Shown piece after piece: positions 21,615 through 32,786 of a stretch of DNA of 64,000 nucleotides; position 1 is the first letter of the stretch; the number at the start of each line of letters is the position of its first letter. The position numbers were made by a program, and so were the translations under genes. The DNA comes from an uncultured Nitrososphaeraceae archaeon. GTDB lineage: Archaea > Thermoproteota > Nitrososphaeria > Nitrososphaerales > Nitrososphaeraceae. The notes under the pieces are model-generated. The model worked only from the letters and a program-made list of their open reading frames with translations, was not told where the DNA came from and did no database searches. The stretch lies in contig CAVZZA010000005.1 in the NCBI GenBank assembly GCA_963779615.1, positions 224,001 to 288,000 on the forward strand, written 5' to 3'.

Positions 21615-22409
21615 CTATCTAACACCATTGGGATTCCGCTCCGCACTGTTCTTAAGGCTCAATGCTAGGGGATTGCCAGGCTCGATCGCAAGTACCTTGT
21701 CAAAGTGTGCAATCGCATCATTGTTTTTCCCCAAACTGTAAAGTGAAAGTCCCTTGTTGAGAAGGGCATCAACATTTTGCGGCTCAATTTTCAGTGCCTT
21801 GTTGTAAGACGATACCGCCCCCTCAAAGTTGTGCAACTGGGAAAGTGCCCGCCCCTTGTTAATCAAGGCCTGTATGTCATTTGGGTTTATGGACAGTGCC
21901 TTGTCGTAGTATTTTATGGCCTCGTCAAACTTTTTTAGGCTGTCAAATGAAATGCCCTTGTTAACCAGTATGCGGGTGTCGTTTGGGTCTATCGACAGGG
22001 CCTTCTCGTAGTATTTGATGGCCTCGTCAAACTTCCCCAAACTGACCAGGACTGCTGCCTTGTTGTTTATCGCATTTTTGTTGTTTGGGTCTATCGACAG
22101 GGCCTTCTCGTAGTAAACCATCTCTTCGTTGAATCTGCCCAAACCGTCCAAGGATATACCCTTGTTTATCAACGCAAGCACATTGCTTGGGTCTATCGAC
22201 AGGGCCTTGTCCAAAACGGGCAGGGCATCATCAAACCTTCCCATACTGTTGAGAATTACTCCCTGCTCAATCAGCTTGGTGGCATTTCCCATAGTATTTG
22301 CAAACGAATGTTGGTCAGGTACCCCAAGGGACAAATTGGAGAGAATAAACATCAGAGTCAGTGCAAAGAACATTGATGACATTGGAAATGTCTGAAAAAA
22401 CATAACCAT
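21615..22409 (-). CDS. Secreted or membrane-anchored TPR protein
   Basis: About six 34-aa repeats (ALINKG..L..LG.FDEA..YY.KALSIDPN); N-terminal hydrophobic segment. Confidence 0.9.
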   Translation of the reverse strand: MVMFFQTFPMSSMFFALTLMFILSNLSLGVPDQHSFANTMGNATKLIEQGVILNSMGRFDDALPVLDKALSIDPSNVLALINKGISLDGLGRFNEEMVYYEKALSIDPNNKNAINNKAAVLVSLGKFDEAIKYYEKALSIDPNDTRILVNKGISFDSLKKFDEAIKYYDKALSINPNDIQALINKGRALSQLHNFEGAVSSYNKALKIEPQNVDALLNKGLSLYSLGKNNDAIAHFDKVLAIEPGNPLALSLKNSAERNPNGVR

Positions 22410-22564
22410 TTGCTGAAAAAGGACACTGATAACAAATAAAAACGTTGTATCACGTCCGGAGGTACATATATGGCCATCAAGAATTTATGCATGTTCCCCT
22501 TTCCCCTAAAACCATCAGGTTGGGAAAATGTAAATAAGGCACTTGGCACGCTAACATTGTTACA

Positions 22565-23284
22565 ATGAGTTTAAATTTATTTTTCTTGACAATTATTCTC
22601 TCTTTATCTATAGTGTTTGGTGTCTCTAGTGTGTTAGCCTTCCCTCTTGCGTTTGGTCAGGTATCGCCGCCTTCCGCAACCGTTAACGGTAGCACTTCAA
22701 ATGGCTCTGCCGTAACCACCGACAATGGCACAAGGGGTTTGGATTCACCAAATGTTATCAAAAAATTGGAGGGTGTCGCTTCCCTATCAAACATCGTGGG
22801 AATAAGCATGGTTGACGGGGTCAAACTTAGCGGAGTGAGGTTGGGGGACACTGACGTGTCTGTAACCCTAAGGTACCAACCACTCCAGCCCAGCCTTGCA
22901 AACAAGTCATTGCCCGTGACCGTGATTGTGACAAAGCTGCCTGTGGCTAACCTTACTCAATTGATATCATTGGTTGAATCCTCCAAGTCCATGGCTATGT
23001 CAACAAGCAATGCAGGTTCCATAGACTCTTTGCTCGGCCAACAGGGGACGAATTCCATGATGGGTAACAATGCACTGCAAATACTGTCTTTGGTTAAAAA
23101 CATCCAGCTTGGGGCCGGCAGCATAGTCACAGGCAATTGGTCATTACCCCAAACCATTTCCATGGGTCTGCTTGGAAGCATGAGAGGGGGAGCGGAAGCA
23201 TCTGCCGTACCAAATGATTTTGTCACCGTGGTGGTTGTTCCTTTTTCGGGTGAGAGTTCTTTTCCGTCCGTTTCACTAAATTAG
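22565..23284 (+). CDS. Secreted hypothetical protein
   Basis: ATG start, signal peptide, several N-x-S/T sequons; no recognised family. Confidence 0.7.
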   Translation: MSLNLFFLTIILSLSIVFGVSSVLAFPLAFGQVSPPSATVNGSTSNGSAVTTDNGTRGLDSPNVIKKLEGVASLSNIVGISMVDGVKLSGVRLGDTDVSVTLRYQPLQPSLANKSLPVTVIVTKLPVANLTQLISLVESSKSMAMSTSNAGSIDSLLGQQGTNSMMGNNALQILSLVKNIQLGAGSIVTGNWSLPQTISMGLLGSMRGGAEASAVPNDFVTVVVVPFSGESSFPSVSLN

Positions 23285-23689
23285 CAATTTATGTGCGGTA
23301 AAGCAGTTTTACCACAAGTTGCAAAAAAATTCGCTTTTATTTTTTTTCCAAAGAGATAGGTAAAATACTATATATTATCCTCCTCTCTCCGTATTCCCTC
23401 GTTTATGGTGATGAAAGAGCAGCATTAAACCAATAAGCCCAAATTGATGCTACTAGACCTATAGTCCATATTTTGTACAAGTCCTTTGGTTAGTAAAACA
23501 TTTGTGATTATGTTATTGATTTAACAGGATAACCATCTGAGCAAGATTGATAAATTAGAAATGTAAACTTAAGACATATATGGATTATGTTTCAAACCTA
23601 ATTTACAGCCATTAAACTAAATCAAGAAAACAACTGTTACTAGAAAAAAGAAAAACATTGTGCTTTACACTGAATTGTGTATCACCTCA

Positions 23690-24290
23690 TGCTGAGGATC
23701 CTGCCTTTGCTGGTGGTGGTGGACTCCACGTTCCAACCAGAACCGTTTGGCTTGGCAAATGCAGACGCAAGGATAGCCTGAATGAATCTCGGGTGCAGGT
23801 AACCAGTTGGATTCTTTCTCCAGACTCCAGACCAGGGTTTGCGTTATGTATGTAAATATCAGGTGAGCCATCACTGTTGTCCTTTAATACTGTGCATGGT
23901 CCTGTGCATGGGCTTGCGAGGTAACGAGTTATTTGATTGTTCACAAAATAGGAAGCGGTGACACATATTGATGCGGACCAAAAGCCATGTACTGGCGGTT
24001 GCGGCGGTCCTGGGTCAAAATGAATCACATGACTGTTATTTCCGTTTAGCGATTTTCCTTCACTGTCTGTGAATGCAGGTGGACAAATAGCTTCCTGGCC
24101 TAAATTAATATCGTGTCCACCTTTTGTAACCCCTGCACGGAAAAGATAACCAGTCCCATAAAGCCCTTCGTTTGTACTCTGCCACCCATTTACCGGTGTT
24201 CCTAAATTAGGTACTTGTACTGCAATCAGTTTTTCACCTCTGTTATACCGGTTGGAAGGGCTTTTTTATTGTGTCATTTGGCCTGAGTTG
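23690..24290 (-). pseudogene. DUF1214 (C-terminal half) pseudogene
   Basis: Fragments HFDPGP.PPVHGFWS, DNSDGSPDIYI, LSLRLHLP...GTWSPPP; DNA similarity to ~7640-8215; frameshifts. Confidence 0.85.
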
Positions 24291-24508
24291 ATTTGTTTTA
24301 GGAATCTGAAATCCATATTTGAGGGGAGACATTTATCAGGGCCATTAAAGACCCCCGTTTGACACCATACAAGCTGATTATCCCGGGTGCAAAGTGGGAT
24401 GCAATGCATCAATAATGCACTTTTTCCCAGATCTGTTAGCTTAAGAAAATACCCCTCTATTGTGTTGGTCAATGAATAAGTTAAACCAACTACTGATAGG
24501 GCTTAATT

Positions 24509-25000
24509 TCATTCCTTTCTTTTGCATGGAAAATAATCATCAAAGTCTTCCGTTCTATCTCCTATATGCCGCATAGTTCTTTCAATCATGTTTCTCTCGT
24601 AGGGTGAATGAATGTGGTGGTCAATATATAAAATCTCTAAAAACCTGCAATCTTGTGGATAACAGGTGCCACCATCGGTTGAAACAGGATGTTTTCCATA
24701 TGCATGTACAATCTTCGGTAAAAAACGCTCTGCAACCATGTTTCTTTCCTTGGATATGCTTATTGCAGGGATTTCTTTGTCTTGTTGTTCAATAGCAACA
24801 CATAACCAGATGAACCCAGGGCCGATATTGATGATGATTTTGTCAACAATACGTTCTTATCATATCTGTTCCTTTTTTTGGCGTTTTTTTGGTCTCTGAT
24901 TTTGTATCCGTTTCCATACAGGAACATAGATTGGGCATTGTCCTTTTTTTTACATGTGGTGAACATAAGCGGTGTTTCTGAATGAGAGCAGAAAGTATAA
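24509..25000 (-). mobile_element. IS6-family (DDE) transposase remnant
   Basis: VAERFL..IV..YGKHPVSTDGGT.YPQ.CRFL...HH.HS.YE.N.IERTM..I.DRTE.FDDYFPC; upstream part broken. Confidence 0.8.
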
Positions 25001-25299
25001 TCATGACCTATCGTCAATAAGCTGAAGGTGTCCTGATTCTGTGGTTCATAAAGACATAGGGCATGTTCGAGTGATAGGTTTTCCTCAAGTTAACAAATCC
25101 CATCTCCTTAGTGATTGACCACATCTTACAGCATCAATATGAATAGGAAGTCTTCAGAAAAAACGGTATTTAGGATTCAACAGCACAAGTCCTCAAATCT
25201 TATCCAGCGTATTGTTATTTTGGTAACAACTGAAAAATAAAGTCCATTTGAGATGTGAAGCCAGATGATAATAACTTTTTATGGAACCATGTTTATTGG

Positions 25300-26190
25300 C
25301 TACGGTGTATTGCCCTGAGGATCCCCCTCTCCAGTATCTGGCAAAACTGGATTTGCAGTGTCTCCGCCGTTACCATCCTCTATGGTATTCAGTACTTTGC
25401 ACGGTCCAGACAGTGTGTCACCATTTGTTGGGTTGTAATCCATTACAATGCTTCGGGCCAGGCCTGCAGCGGGTAGAGGACAGTCAAAGGTATTTGCACC
25501 TGCACCACCATACATAACTGTACTGGATAAACCCGCGAATAATTTGTCGTTTCCATCCCCGCCTATCAACAAAGAATCGCCCCCACCTGCAAGCAGCACA
25601 TCATCACCCTTACCTCCATCAATCAAGTTATTTCCTAATCCGCCTATCAACAAATCGTCATCATTTCCCCCATACATTCTATCATTGCCTCCACCCGCAA
25701 AAACAAGATCATTTCCATCCTCAGAATAAATCACATCATCTCCTCCATTAGCATAAATGATATCATCTTCATTACCTGATTTGACGGCATCGTCACAGCT
25801 TGTTCCAATGCTCAAGTGATTTTCCTTCTCCACCTGGCCAGATCCCCCCCTTATTGAATCCAATGCGCAGCCCATGTCACCAATGCCAGAAATGATGCTT
25901 GAAATGTTTCCTACCAACTCCCTAATGTTGCCAAAGAATCCACGATCATTTGACAATCCTAATCCAGTCAGCGGGTTACTGGGCATTGAGACATCTTTCA
26001 CAGCTATTGAGTTATCGTCATTTGACAAGGTGGAGCCGCCCGGTATTGAAATCGATAATCCTGAAACAACAGGGGTAGTGCCAATGGCTTTATTGGATAA
26101 ACTAGAAAAACCAAACACAATGACTAGAATCAATATTGTTATGGAAACGATATTCAACATTAATAAGGGTAGATTAACTGATATATGCAT
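25300..26190 (-). CDS. Secreted Ca2+-binding protein with RTX-type GGxGxDxL repeats, copy 1
   Basis: AGGGNDRMY, GGNDDDLLI, GGKGDDVLL, GGDGNDKLF; N-terminal hydrophobic segment; start uncertain. Confidence 0.85.
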   Translation of the reverse strand: MHISVNLPLLMLNIVSITILILVIVFGFSSLSNKAIGTTPVVSGLSISIPGGSTLSNDDNSIAVKDVSMPSNPLTGLGLSNDRGFFGNIRELVGNISSIISGIGDMGCALDSIRGGSGQVEKENHLSIGTSCDDAVKSGNEDDIIYANGGDDVIYSEDGNDLVFAGGGNDRMYGGNDDDLLIGGLGNNLIDGGKGDDVLLAGGGDSLLIGGDGNDKLFAGLSSTVMYGGAGANTFDCPLPAAGLARSIVMDYNPTNGDTLSGPCKVLNTIEDGNGGDTANPVLPDTGEGDPQGNTP

Positions 26191-26253
26191 TCTTCAGTTT
26201 TGATGTTCATTATAAAACTATTATATAGTATAATTCAAAACTATCTTAATATT

Positions 26254-27228
26254 ATGTCAATATATAGTGCCTTTACATTTCAATCGAAAAAGATTTTAAA
26301 AAATTATTTGACGGTAATCTCTGTTAGTATTGTTTTTTCTCTGGCCGCGGCTTCTTGTTTTTTATCCGGCAACGAAACATTGCAACAGCCCATACTGGCA
26401 CAAAACATCTCATCGCCGTTATCTGATACCACTATAAAGAAATTATTTGACATTGCAACAAGTTCATTGCAACAAAGCAACATTGACGAAACAAAAAAAG
26501 TGCTCGAATTGATCCAATCAAGTTTGCCAAAGATGGATACAAACGCATCACTATCCTTGGCCAATACAAAGATGTTCGTAAATGATGCGATCGAGTCTGT
26601 CAATAGTAAAAACATAACCAAGGCTTTAAGTTACATATCTTTAGCTACAAAGAATTTGGATGGTTTACAACCAAATAACAACAACAACACTTTACAAAAC
26701 ATGGCAGCAGTAAAAAAGGATGATTTTAAAACATATGACAACTCTCTCACGGGAATACGGATGGTCTACCCTAAAAATTGGACAGTAATTGAATACAGGT
26801 ACAATCCTATATCTAATAACACAATAGCAGGCTTCTACTCTAACGGAAAAACCAGCTCTGAGCTAGGTAACATATCCGGGGTTTCCGGAAACTTTGTACC
26901 ATATTTAGACGTGTTTGAGTTTAATTCAAAAAACATGTCCTTGAATGACATATCTCAGGGGATAATGAACAAGTTTAGTAACACCACCAAATTTGCAATT
27001 GAGGAATCAAAACCAATTCTCCTGAGGAACAACAAACAAGGGTTTGAATTAACATATGATGTCAACGTGGGAAATGGGGAGCATTTGAGAAAACTTCAAG
27101 CATACACACTGATAGGCGATAAGGCATACACTATTTCCTTTACATCGCAAAGGGACTTGTTTGCTGATTATTTGCCCATTGCACACGAAATGATTAACTC
27201 ATTTGAATCAACTAACAAAACAAAGTAA
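26254..27228 (+). CDS. Secreted PsbP-like domain protein
   Basis: N-terminal TM; FKTYDN..GIRMVYPKNW...LIGDKAYTISFT...YLPIAHEMINSF is a PsbP/Mog1-like pattern; start inferred at MSIYS. Confidence 0.75.
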   Translation: MSIYSAFTFQSKKILKNYLTVISVSIVFSLAAASCFLSGNETLQQPILAQNISSPLSDTTIKKLFDIATSSLQQSNIDETKKVLELIQSSLPKMDTNASLSLANTKMFVNDAIESVNSKNITKALSYISLATKNLDGLQPNNNNNTLQNMAAVKKDDFKTYDNSLTGIRMVYPKNWTVIEYRYNPISNNTIAGFYSNGKTSSELGNISGVSGNFVPYLDVFEFNSKNMSLNDISQGIMNKFSNTTKFAIEESKPILLRNNKQGFELTYDVNVGNGEHLRKLQAYTLIGDKAYTISFTSQRDLFADYLPIAHEMINSFESTNKTK

Positions 27229-27549
27229 CCAAAGACGCAGGTGGGAATCACCTTGTCTTTAACCACAACAATGTCATTTTTTATTGTTGTCCTTTTATTA
27301 CACAGACTTTAAAAGACAACACGTCTTTTAGAACATTATTACTGCAATGGAACGTAAAAACTATTTGTTCCAATTGCTTATTTAACGGGTTATGCACATC
27401 CAAAAGGCAAAAATATGCAAATAAAAACAAAGGATATGTAAAAAGTAACAACATCAACAATAAACTACCCATCGAAAATAAAGGTCATGTTACATATACA
27501 CATGGCTATCTCATGCTGTAGCCATCTTACAATTTGCACAGGCGGATTG

Positions 27550-28600
27550 TGATATTCCCCCGCTTAAGACTTGGCTCTGTCATGTACATTTTGAGCGCAA
27601 GATTAAATGTGGCATCATAAGGAAATGGAAACCGGTTGGACTCTGTCTTTTCTAGGATTGTCATCCATATCCCTCGATTTCATCAGAGCTTTATGTCTGT
27701 TTTGGGCATGAAGGATGGTTTTGGTGGCGATGGGAAAGTAGACTGGACTGATGACAAAGAGGATGAGAATTACGCAACCTCAGACATTGGTGTTGTTGTT
27801 GGAATATTGGTATTGTCTTTGCCTTGAAATACTGAAAGAGGTGTTATTCCAAGTTTATCTTTTAGAAATCAGAGGTTTGTCACAGCTTGTGAACTTTTGA
27901 TTAGCATGCGTAAAGATATAACCATGGTGTTTGGAGGCGACTTAATCCCTCCATAGGCCCTGCAATATTGTGGGCAACAGCACCAACATCCCCATCAAGA
28001 CCCCACAACAAGGTAATTGCCCCATGAATTAATGTCCTGTGAATTAAAGTCCCATGAATTAATGTTAGTGCGCGTTTCCATGTAAAAGAAATTATTGGCA
28101 TATGCACCGAAAACTACAGCAAATAATGTCGGCCAGAAACTATACGCACCTGTAGGACCAAAGGATCATTCTTCAAACCTATCCATGTCACTCTATAGAG
28201 AGCATCTGCGTTTGGACTGGCAACGTCGGTCGGTAACACTAGCATTAGTCAGATCACCAAAAAGATGGAAAATATTGAACGAGGCGTGTGAATGACGAGA
28301 GAGCGGGGGTCGATCACAAAGTCAGTTAGTCTCATCCAACGAACAGGAGGTTATCCCCAAATGTAAGCCAATGTTGCAATATCCGTTGGATTATTAGAGC
28401 CTCCAAGCCTTTTGATTTCTCCAGACAGTTCCATAGTGGCCAAAGGCCTTGAGGATAATGACGCTGTCATGTTATTATTGGATGATGCGTTGTTTGATTA
28501 GAGACAGATTTTGTTGATTATGGTGTTGATGGTGTTATCACCAGGATATAATAATTAAAAAGCATGCAGAAGTAAAACCATTTTTCGTGCCGATTCAAAT
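27550..28600 (-). pseudogene. Second decayed, internally deleted DUF1254/DUF1214 gene
   Basis: DIATLAYIWG* near 28360-28385; ESNRFPFPYDATFNLALKMY near 27580-27645 matches the C-terminal ESNWLPAP...LRLY. Confidence 0.7.
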
Positions 28601-29212
28601 CATCCACCGGTTTACTCATTTAGAGCATATTTACATATTTTTTTAGTAAGGATTGTTCATCATAATACGAACTTGAGAGTGAAATACAATCATTAAAAAC
28701 ATGCGTTCAAAAAACAGCTGTATTTAGAAAATGCAAACACTATCACAAATACAAATTATCTTAAAAACCACAACATATCACACTCAAAAATATTTAATGG
28801 CATCATCATCATTAGTTGATATTATCCAATTTTAGCAATTAATTGTAACCTGTAAGGCGTTTAATGAAATAAAATCATCTTAAAGACAGTTCACTTGAAA
28901 TATTTTTGATAGGCATACCACAGATTGCATATGGGAATTTACAAGCAGACAACAAGTTACAAACATAACAGGATCATTCAAGATTCAAGTCAAAACCGAT
29001 CGTTTACAACATTGACAAGAATAGTCAAGTTTAACAGGTTAGTGGGATTAGTTGGGGCCAAAGTAACAAATCATTGAGTTTTGTTTTTTTCTATGTCACA
29101 CCAAATCCACTTCATTTCCTTCTCTAAACACAATTAACAAAAAAAAATCAATAGGCTTTACATGCTATCATTTTACGGTCATGGATTGTTGGAGACAAAA
29201 ATAAAAGATTGT

Positions 29213-29944
29213 TTAAGATACAGGAACGGGTGTGTTTCCGCTTACACCGCTTGAACTATCAGTTTCTCCAGAGTCAGGCAATAAAAATTTGCTGGCATCC
29301 GAATTGCTGTTTCCTATTGTATTTATTATTTTGCAGGGGCCGGATAATGTGTCACCATTGGATGGGTTATAATCCATCACAACGCTTCGTGCCAGGCCCG
29401 CAACCGAAAGAGGACAATCGAAATTATTGGCACCTTTGCCTCCATACATCACCGTTGTTCCTGTTCCTGCAAATAGCTTATCATTACCATCCCCCCCTAC
29501 TAACAGTGTATTCGTTATTCCTCCGATTATAGTATCATCCCCATCTCCGCCATCGGCATATTTACCACCGCCAACAACTACCAAATCGTCATCATCACCA
29601 GCGTAAATCTGGTCCCCTAATGCTCCATATACTACATCATCGCCATCCTTTGCCAACACCAATGCCTTTATCCCGCCATACAATATATCATCATCATCCG
29701 TACCTTCACAAGGCACCAATGCGGCGCAAGTTATGACATTTCCAAACTTGACTATTCCTGATGCAATCTCGATGCCACTTATTTTGTCATTAAGATTTTT
29801 GACGTTAGTCACTCCCAAATCTGAATTGTCGTCGTCGTCGTCGGCCATTGCAGAACTGACTGTAGAAAACACCCCGAGGAAAAGGGCAGAAGTAAATAAT
29901 GGTAGTAAAATTACTAGTACAGATGTAAGGGGCTTTATTATCAA
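29213..29944 (-). CDS. Secreted RTX-repeat Ca2+-binding protein, copy 2
   Basis: Signal peptide; GTDDDDILYG, GGDGDDTII, GGDGNDKLF; shares C-terminal FDCPL..AGLARS.VMDYNP.NGDTLSGPCK with copy 1. Confidence 0.85.
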   Translation of the reverse strand: MIIKPLTSVLVILLPLFTSALFLGVFSTVSSAMADDDDDNSDLGVTNVKNLNDKISGIEIASGIVKFGNVITCAALVPCEGTDDDDILYGGIKALVLAKDGDDVVYGALGDQIYAGDDDDLVVVGGGKYADGGDGDDTIIGGITNTLLVGGDGNDKLFAGTGTTVMYGGKGANNFDCPLSVAGLARSVVMDYNPSNGDTLSGPCKIINTIGNSNSDASKFLLPDSGETDSSSGVSGNTPVPVS

Positions 29945-30645
29945 TTAAAGATATTTGACCGATCTAATTTATTAATGTTTTAATAAATTTTACTATTCGA
30001 CATTTCCCAAAAAAGATCATAAAATTATTTGACAGGCCTAAATCTAAAAAAAGGATTCTTGGAGTGATTTTTCATTGGATAACACTTTTATGCTATTGAC
30101 AGTGTATTGAATGACATAATGACATCCACTTTTACAAGCCCAACCGCGAGATAAACAATTTTCTGCGGATATGCCATTACCACCACAATGCTACACGGTC
30201 AATTATTTTGCAATATCACAATTGTTTATGCAAGAATGTCTAATAAACAGTAGCTTTTCTAGTTTGCGTTTTGCCAACAAAACACATTTGATGCAAAATT
30301 TTGGATTTGCTAACAAGCTTTAAGTTTTGTAAAGGAATCCACTTGACAGGGTAACGAAATTCAAAATGGTTTATGCATGATGATCTTTGTTTCAAAACAA
30401 TGCCATTGGTTTTCATCCGTTCCTTTCGTTACTTACCCAGTTATCCCGGCACAGACAATTTGCATAATAGTCACAAGAAAAGATATTCCATTAGCATCCC
30501 TGCAAGGCAAAGGCCAATCCCAGGATAAACCAGAATCATCATCTCAAGGATTATTGGTGACAACCGGCCGATGCAAACTGTTTTGACCAACCTTTGCCGC
30601 TTTTAACGCTGACGCCATGAATAACGGGACATTCCATCTGCTAAA

Positions 30646-31073
30646 ATGGAAATAGCGAGCAACATAGCTCCAGCCTACGATAATTTGATGAGTATAGATG
30701 TTAACCCAAATACAAACAGGGTATATGCGACAAGCTTGGGATCCTCCCCGCATCCACCACTGACCGCTAATCCGGGATTTGAACTGCCTGTTGGTTTGGT
30801 CTTGGTAATAGATGGCTCTACAAATAGGGTAGTATCCAACATTCCAGTAGTTTCCCCATCTGACACTGTTAATGCAAATACAAACAGGGTATATGCGAGT
30901 AACTCCTTTTCTGATTCTATTACACAATAGACGGCTCGTCAAACAGGGTAATAGGGAGTAATTCCATAACTGTAGGCAATTTTCCTCAAGCACTATCCGT
31001 TAACCCAAACACCAATAGAGTATACCTTGCCAATTCTTTTTCTGATACTGTTTCTGTAATATCTGATCCGTAG
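30646..31073 (+). pseudogene. YVTN/YncE beta-propeller fragment
   Basis: Repeats VNPNTNRVY...VIDGSTNRVV..IPV and VNPNTNRVYLANSFSDTVSVI split by frameshifts. Confidence 0.75.
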
Positions 31074-31779
31074 TTAAACCAGAAACTGGCTGGCTTTGGA
31101 GCTGCCGGTATTTGCTTGGTTTTCGTATCTGGATTGAATATCTTCCCCTCCCGATGCAGATGGTCCTGAGATGGTAGATCATCGCCTTGTCCCGTTCCAT
31201 TTCCAGCCACGGTTCAGCCTGCACCATCTGATTCAGTGACTAAAAAAATCTCAGGTCGTAGCGGATGGAACCCGGGGACTGTCCTTTTTCAGGTTTCGGT
31301 AAATTCTTCAAGGCGTTTCCAAAAATGAAATTTTTACTCGGTGCTAAAATATATGAGTTCGTTTATGTTGTAAACAAGGAGAAGTTTAACGAATCACAAT
31401 ATAGTCATATGACAGAATCAATCAAACTTATGGATTGATGTCCCTTTATTTTTATGAGGGTTCATATAAACAAAGAATCTATTTTTTGTGATTCTGAAAC
31501 TATTTAAATATCTAAAATTTCTCAGTTTTCTGACAGACTCCTTTATGTTGTGGAGTGATTACCTTATCCCCACTCTTCGGGTGTTATCTAATCCATGCTC
31601 TTGTCCTTTAAAGAATCTGGCATACGAAATTGACGCTGCATGTCTTCCATGACTTTATCATGTGGAGTCTTGTATGTACGTGGAATCTTCTCAGCTTTCA
31701 ATTCGCTCTAGTCTGAAAATTTTTTTCCAACATTGGTACAATTAAAGTCAAAGGGATTACCTAAGTTTTCAGGTTTGGT

Positions 31780-32178
31780 AGTGTTTTTTCTTTCAATTAA
31801 ATTCCTATCATTATTTCGGAGATACATCCTGCAAGTACTCGTAACGACCATGTGGAAAGTGGCAGGCCATAGTTCTGTCTTGGATTATTTGTTACCATTT
31901 CTATAATCCTTCTTTCTGCCTCTTCGTTTATCTTGACTGGTTTGCGTTTGTGTATTTTTGATACTGCCATCTATGCCCTTTCCATTGAACCGGTGTATCC
32001 ATTCCCTAATGTTGACATCATGACGGTTAGTCGCTCTTCTTATTTCAGGAACTGCAAATCCATCGTTTTTAAGCAGGATAACCTTGGCCCTGTATCCAGA
32101 CTCTTTATCCTCAAGCATAAGACCATGTAAAATGTTTTTTTCACCATCAGTAAGCAATCTGGGGAAAGTGTCCCCCAT
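31780..32178 (-). mobile_element. IS630-family transposase N-terminal remnant
   Basis: YRAKVILL...G..VPEI.......NIREWIHRFN..GIDG HTH; downstream WSLRVLA fragment in another frame. Confidence 0.75.
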
Positions 32179-32786
32179 AATGATGGTTCAAAAGAAAGAG
32201 CAAGCTATAGGTGTTATGGTAGCTGAACGAGCACTGTCAGTTTACATGAAAACACAATGCATTCTTTACACAACTGTTGAAAGAGCCCTGTTGACTAATC
32301 TATTGTTCTTATATTGGTGATTAACGGAAATCGCCACACGTAAGCAAGGGTTGCAATACCCACAGGATCATCGGAGCTTGTTGGTCTGTTCATTTCATTT
32401 TTTAGAACGCTACTGGTCATGTTCTGACCATCGGATAGTTGCTGTTGTTGTTGTTGTTGCAAAGATGTGTTGTTGTTGCTAGTGTTATTTTGTTGTTATC
32501 CGTTTAAAGATTGAGGCAAAATTGGAAGTTGCGTGACCAAAAGAGATATAGTTCCAAGAAACAAATATGTAGTTAAAACTGATCTGATTTAATTTGTGTT
32601 TGGAATAAAAAATCAATTATTATAAGATCTAATGGGCTATTTATAAACACTATTGAAATGTCATTCTCTATTTCTTTCTCATCTATATTCATTCATGTTT
32701 ATGCAAATTGCACTATGTCACCAGACCAGAAATAAAGAGTATTTTGTAACGTTTCTACAGGAAAGTTGTAATAGATGCAAGATGGA

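Noticed and set aside
25300-25345. LPDTG as a sortase anchor
   Set aside because: No following hydrophobic helix or basic tail, and no sortase in the window
23690-28600. One DUF1254/1214 gene split by a 3-kb insertion
   Set aside because: Both remnants contain the C-terminal motifs, so they are separate copies
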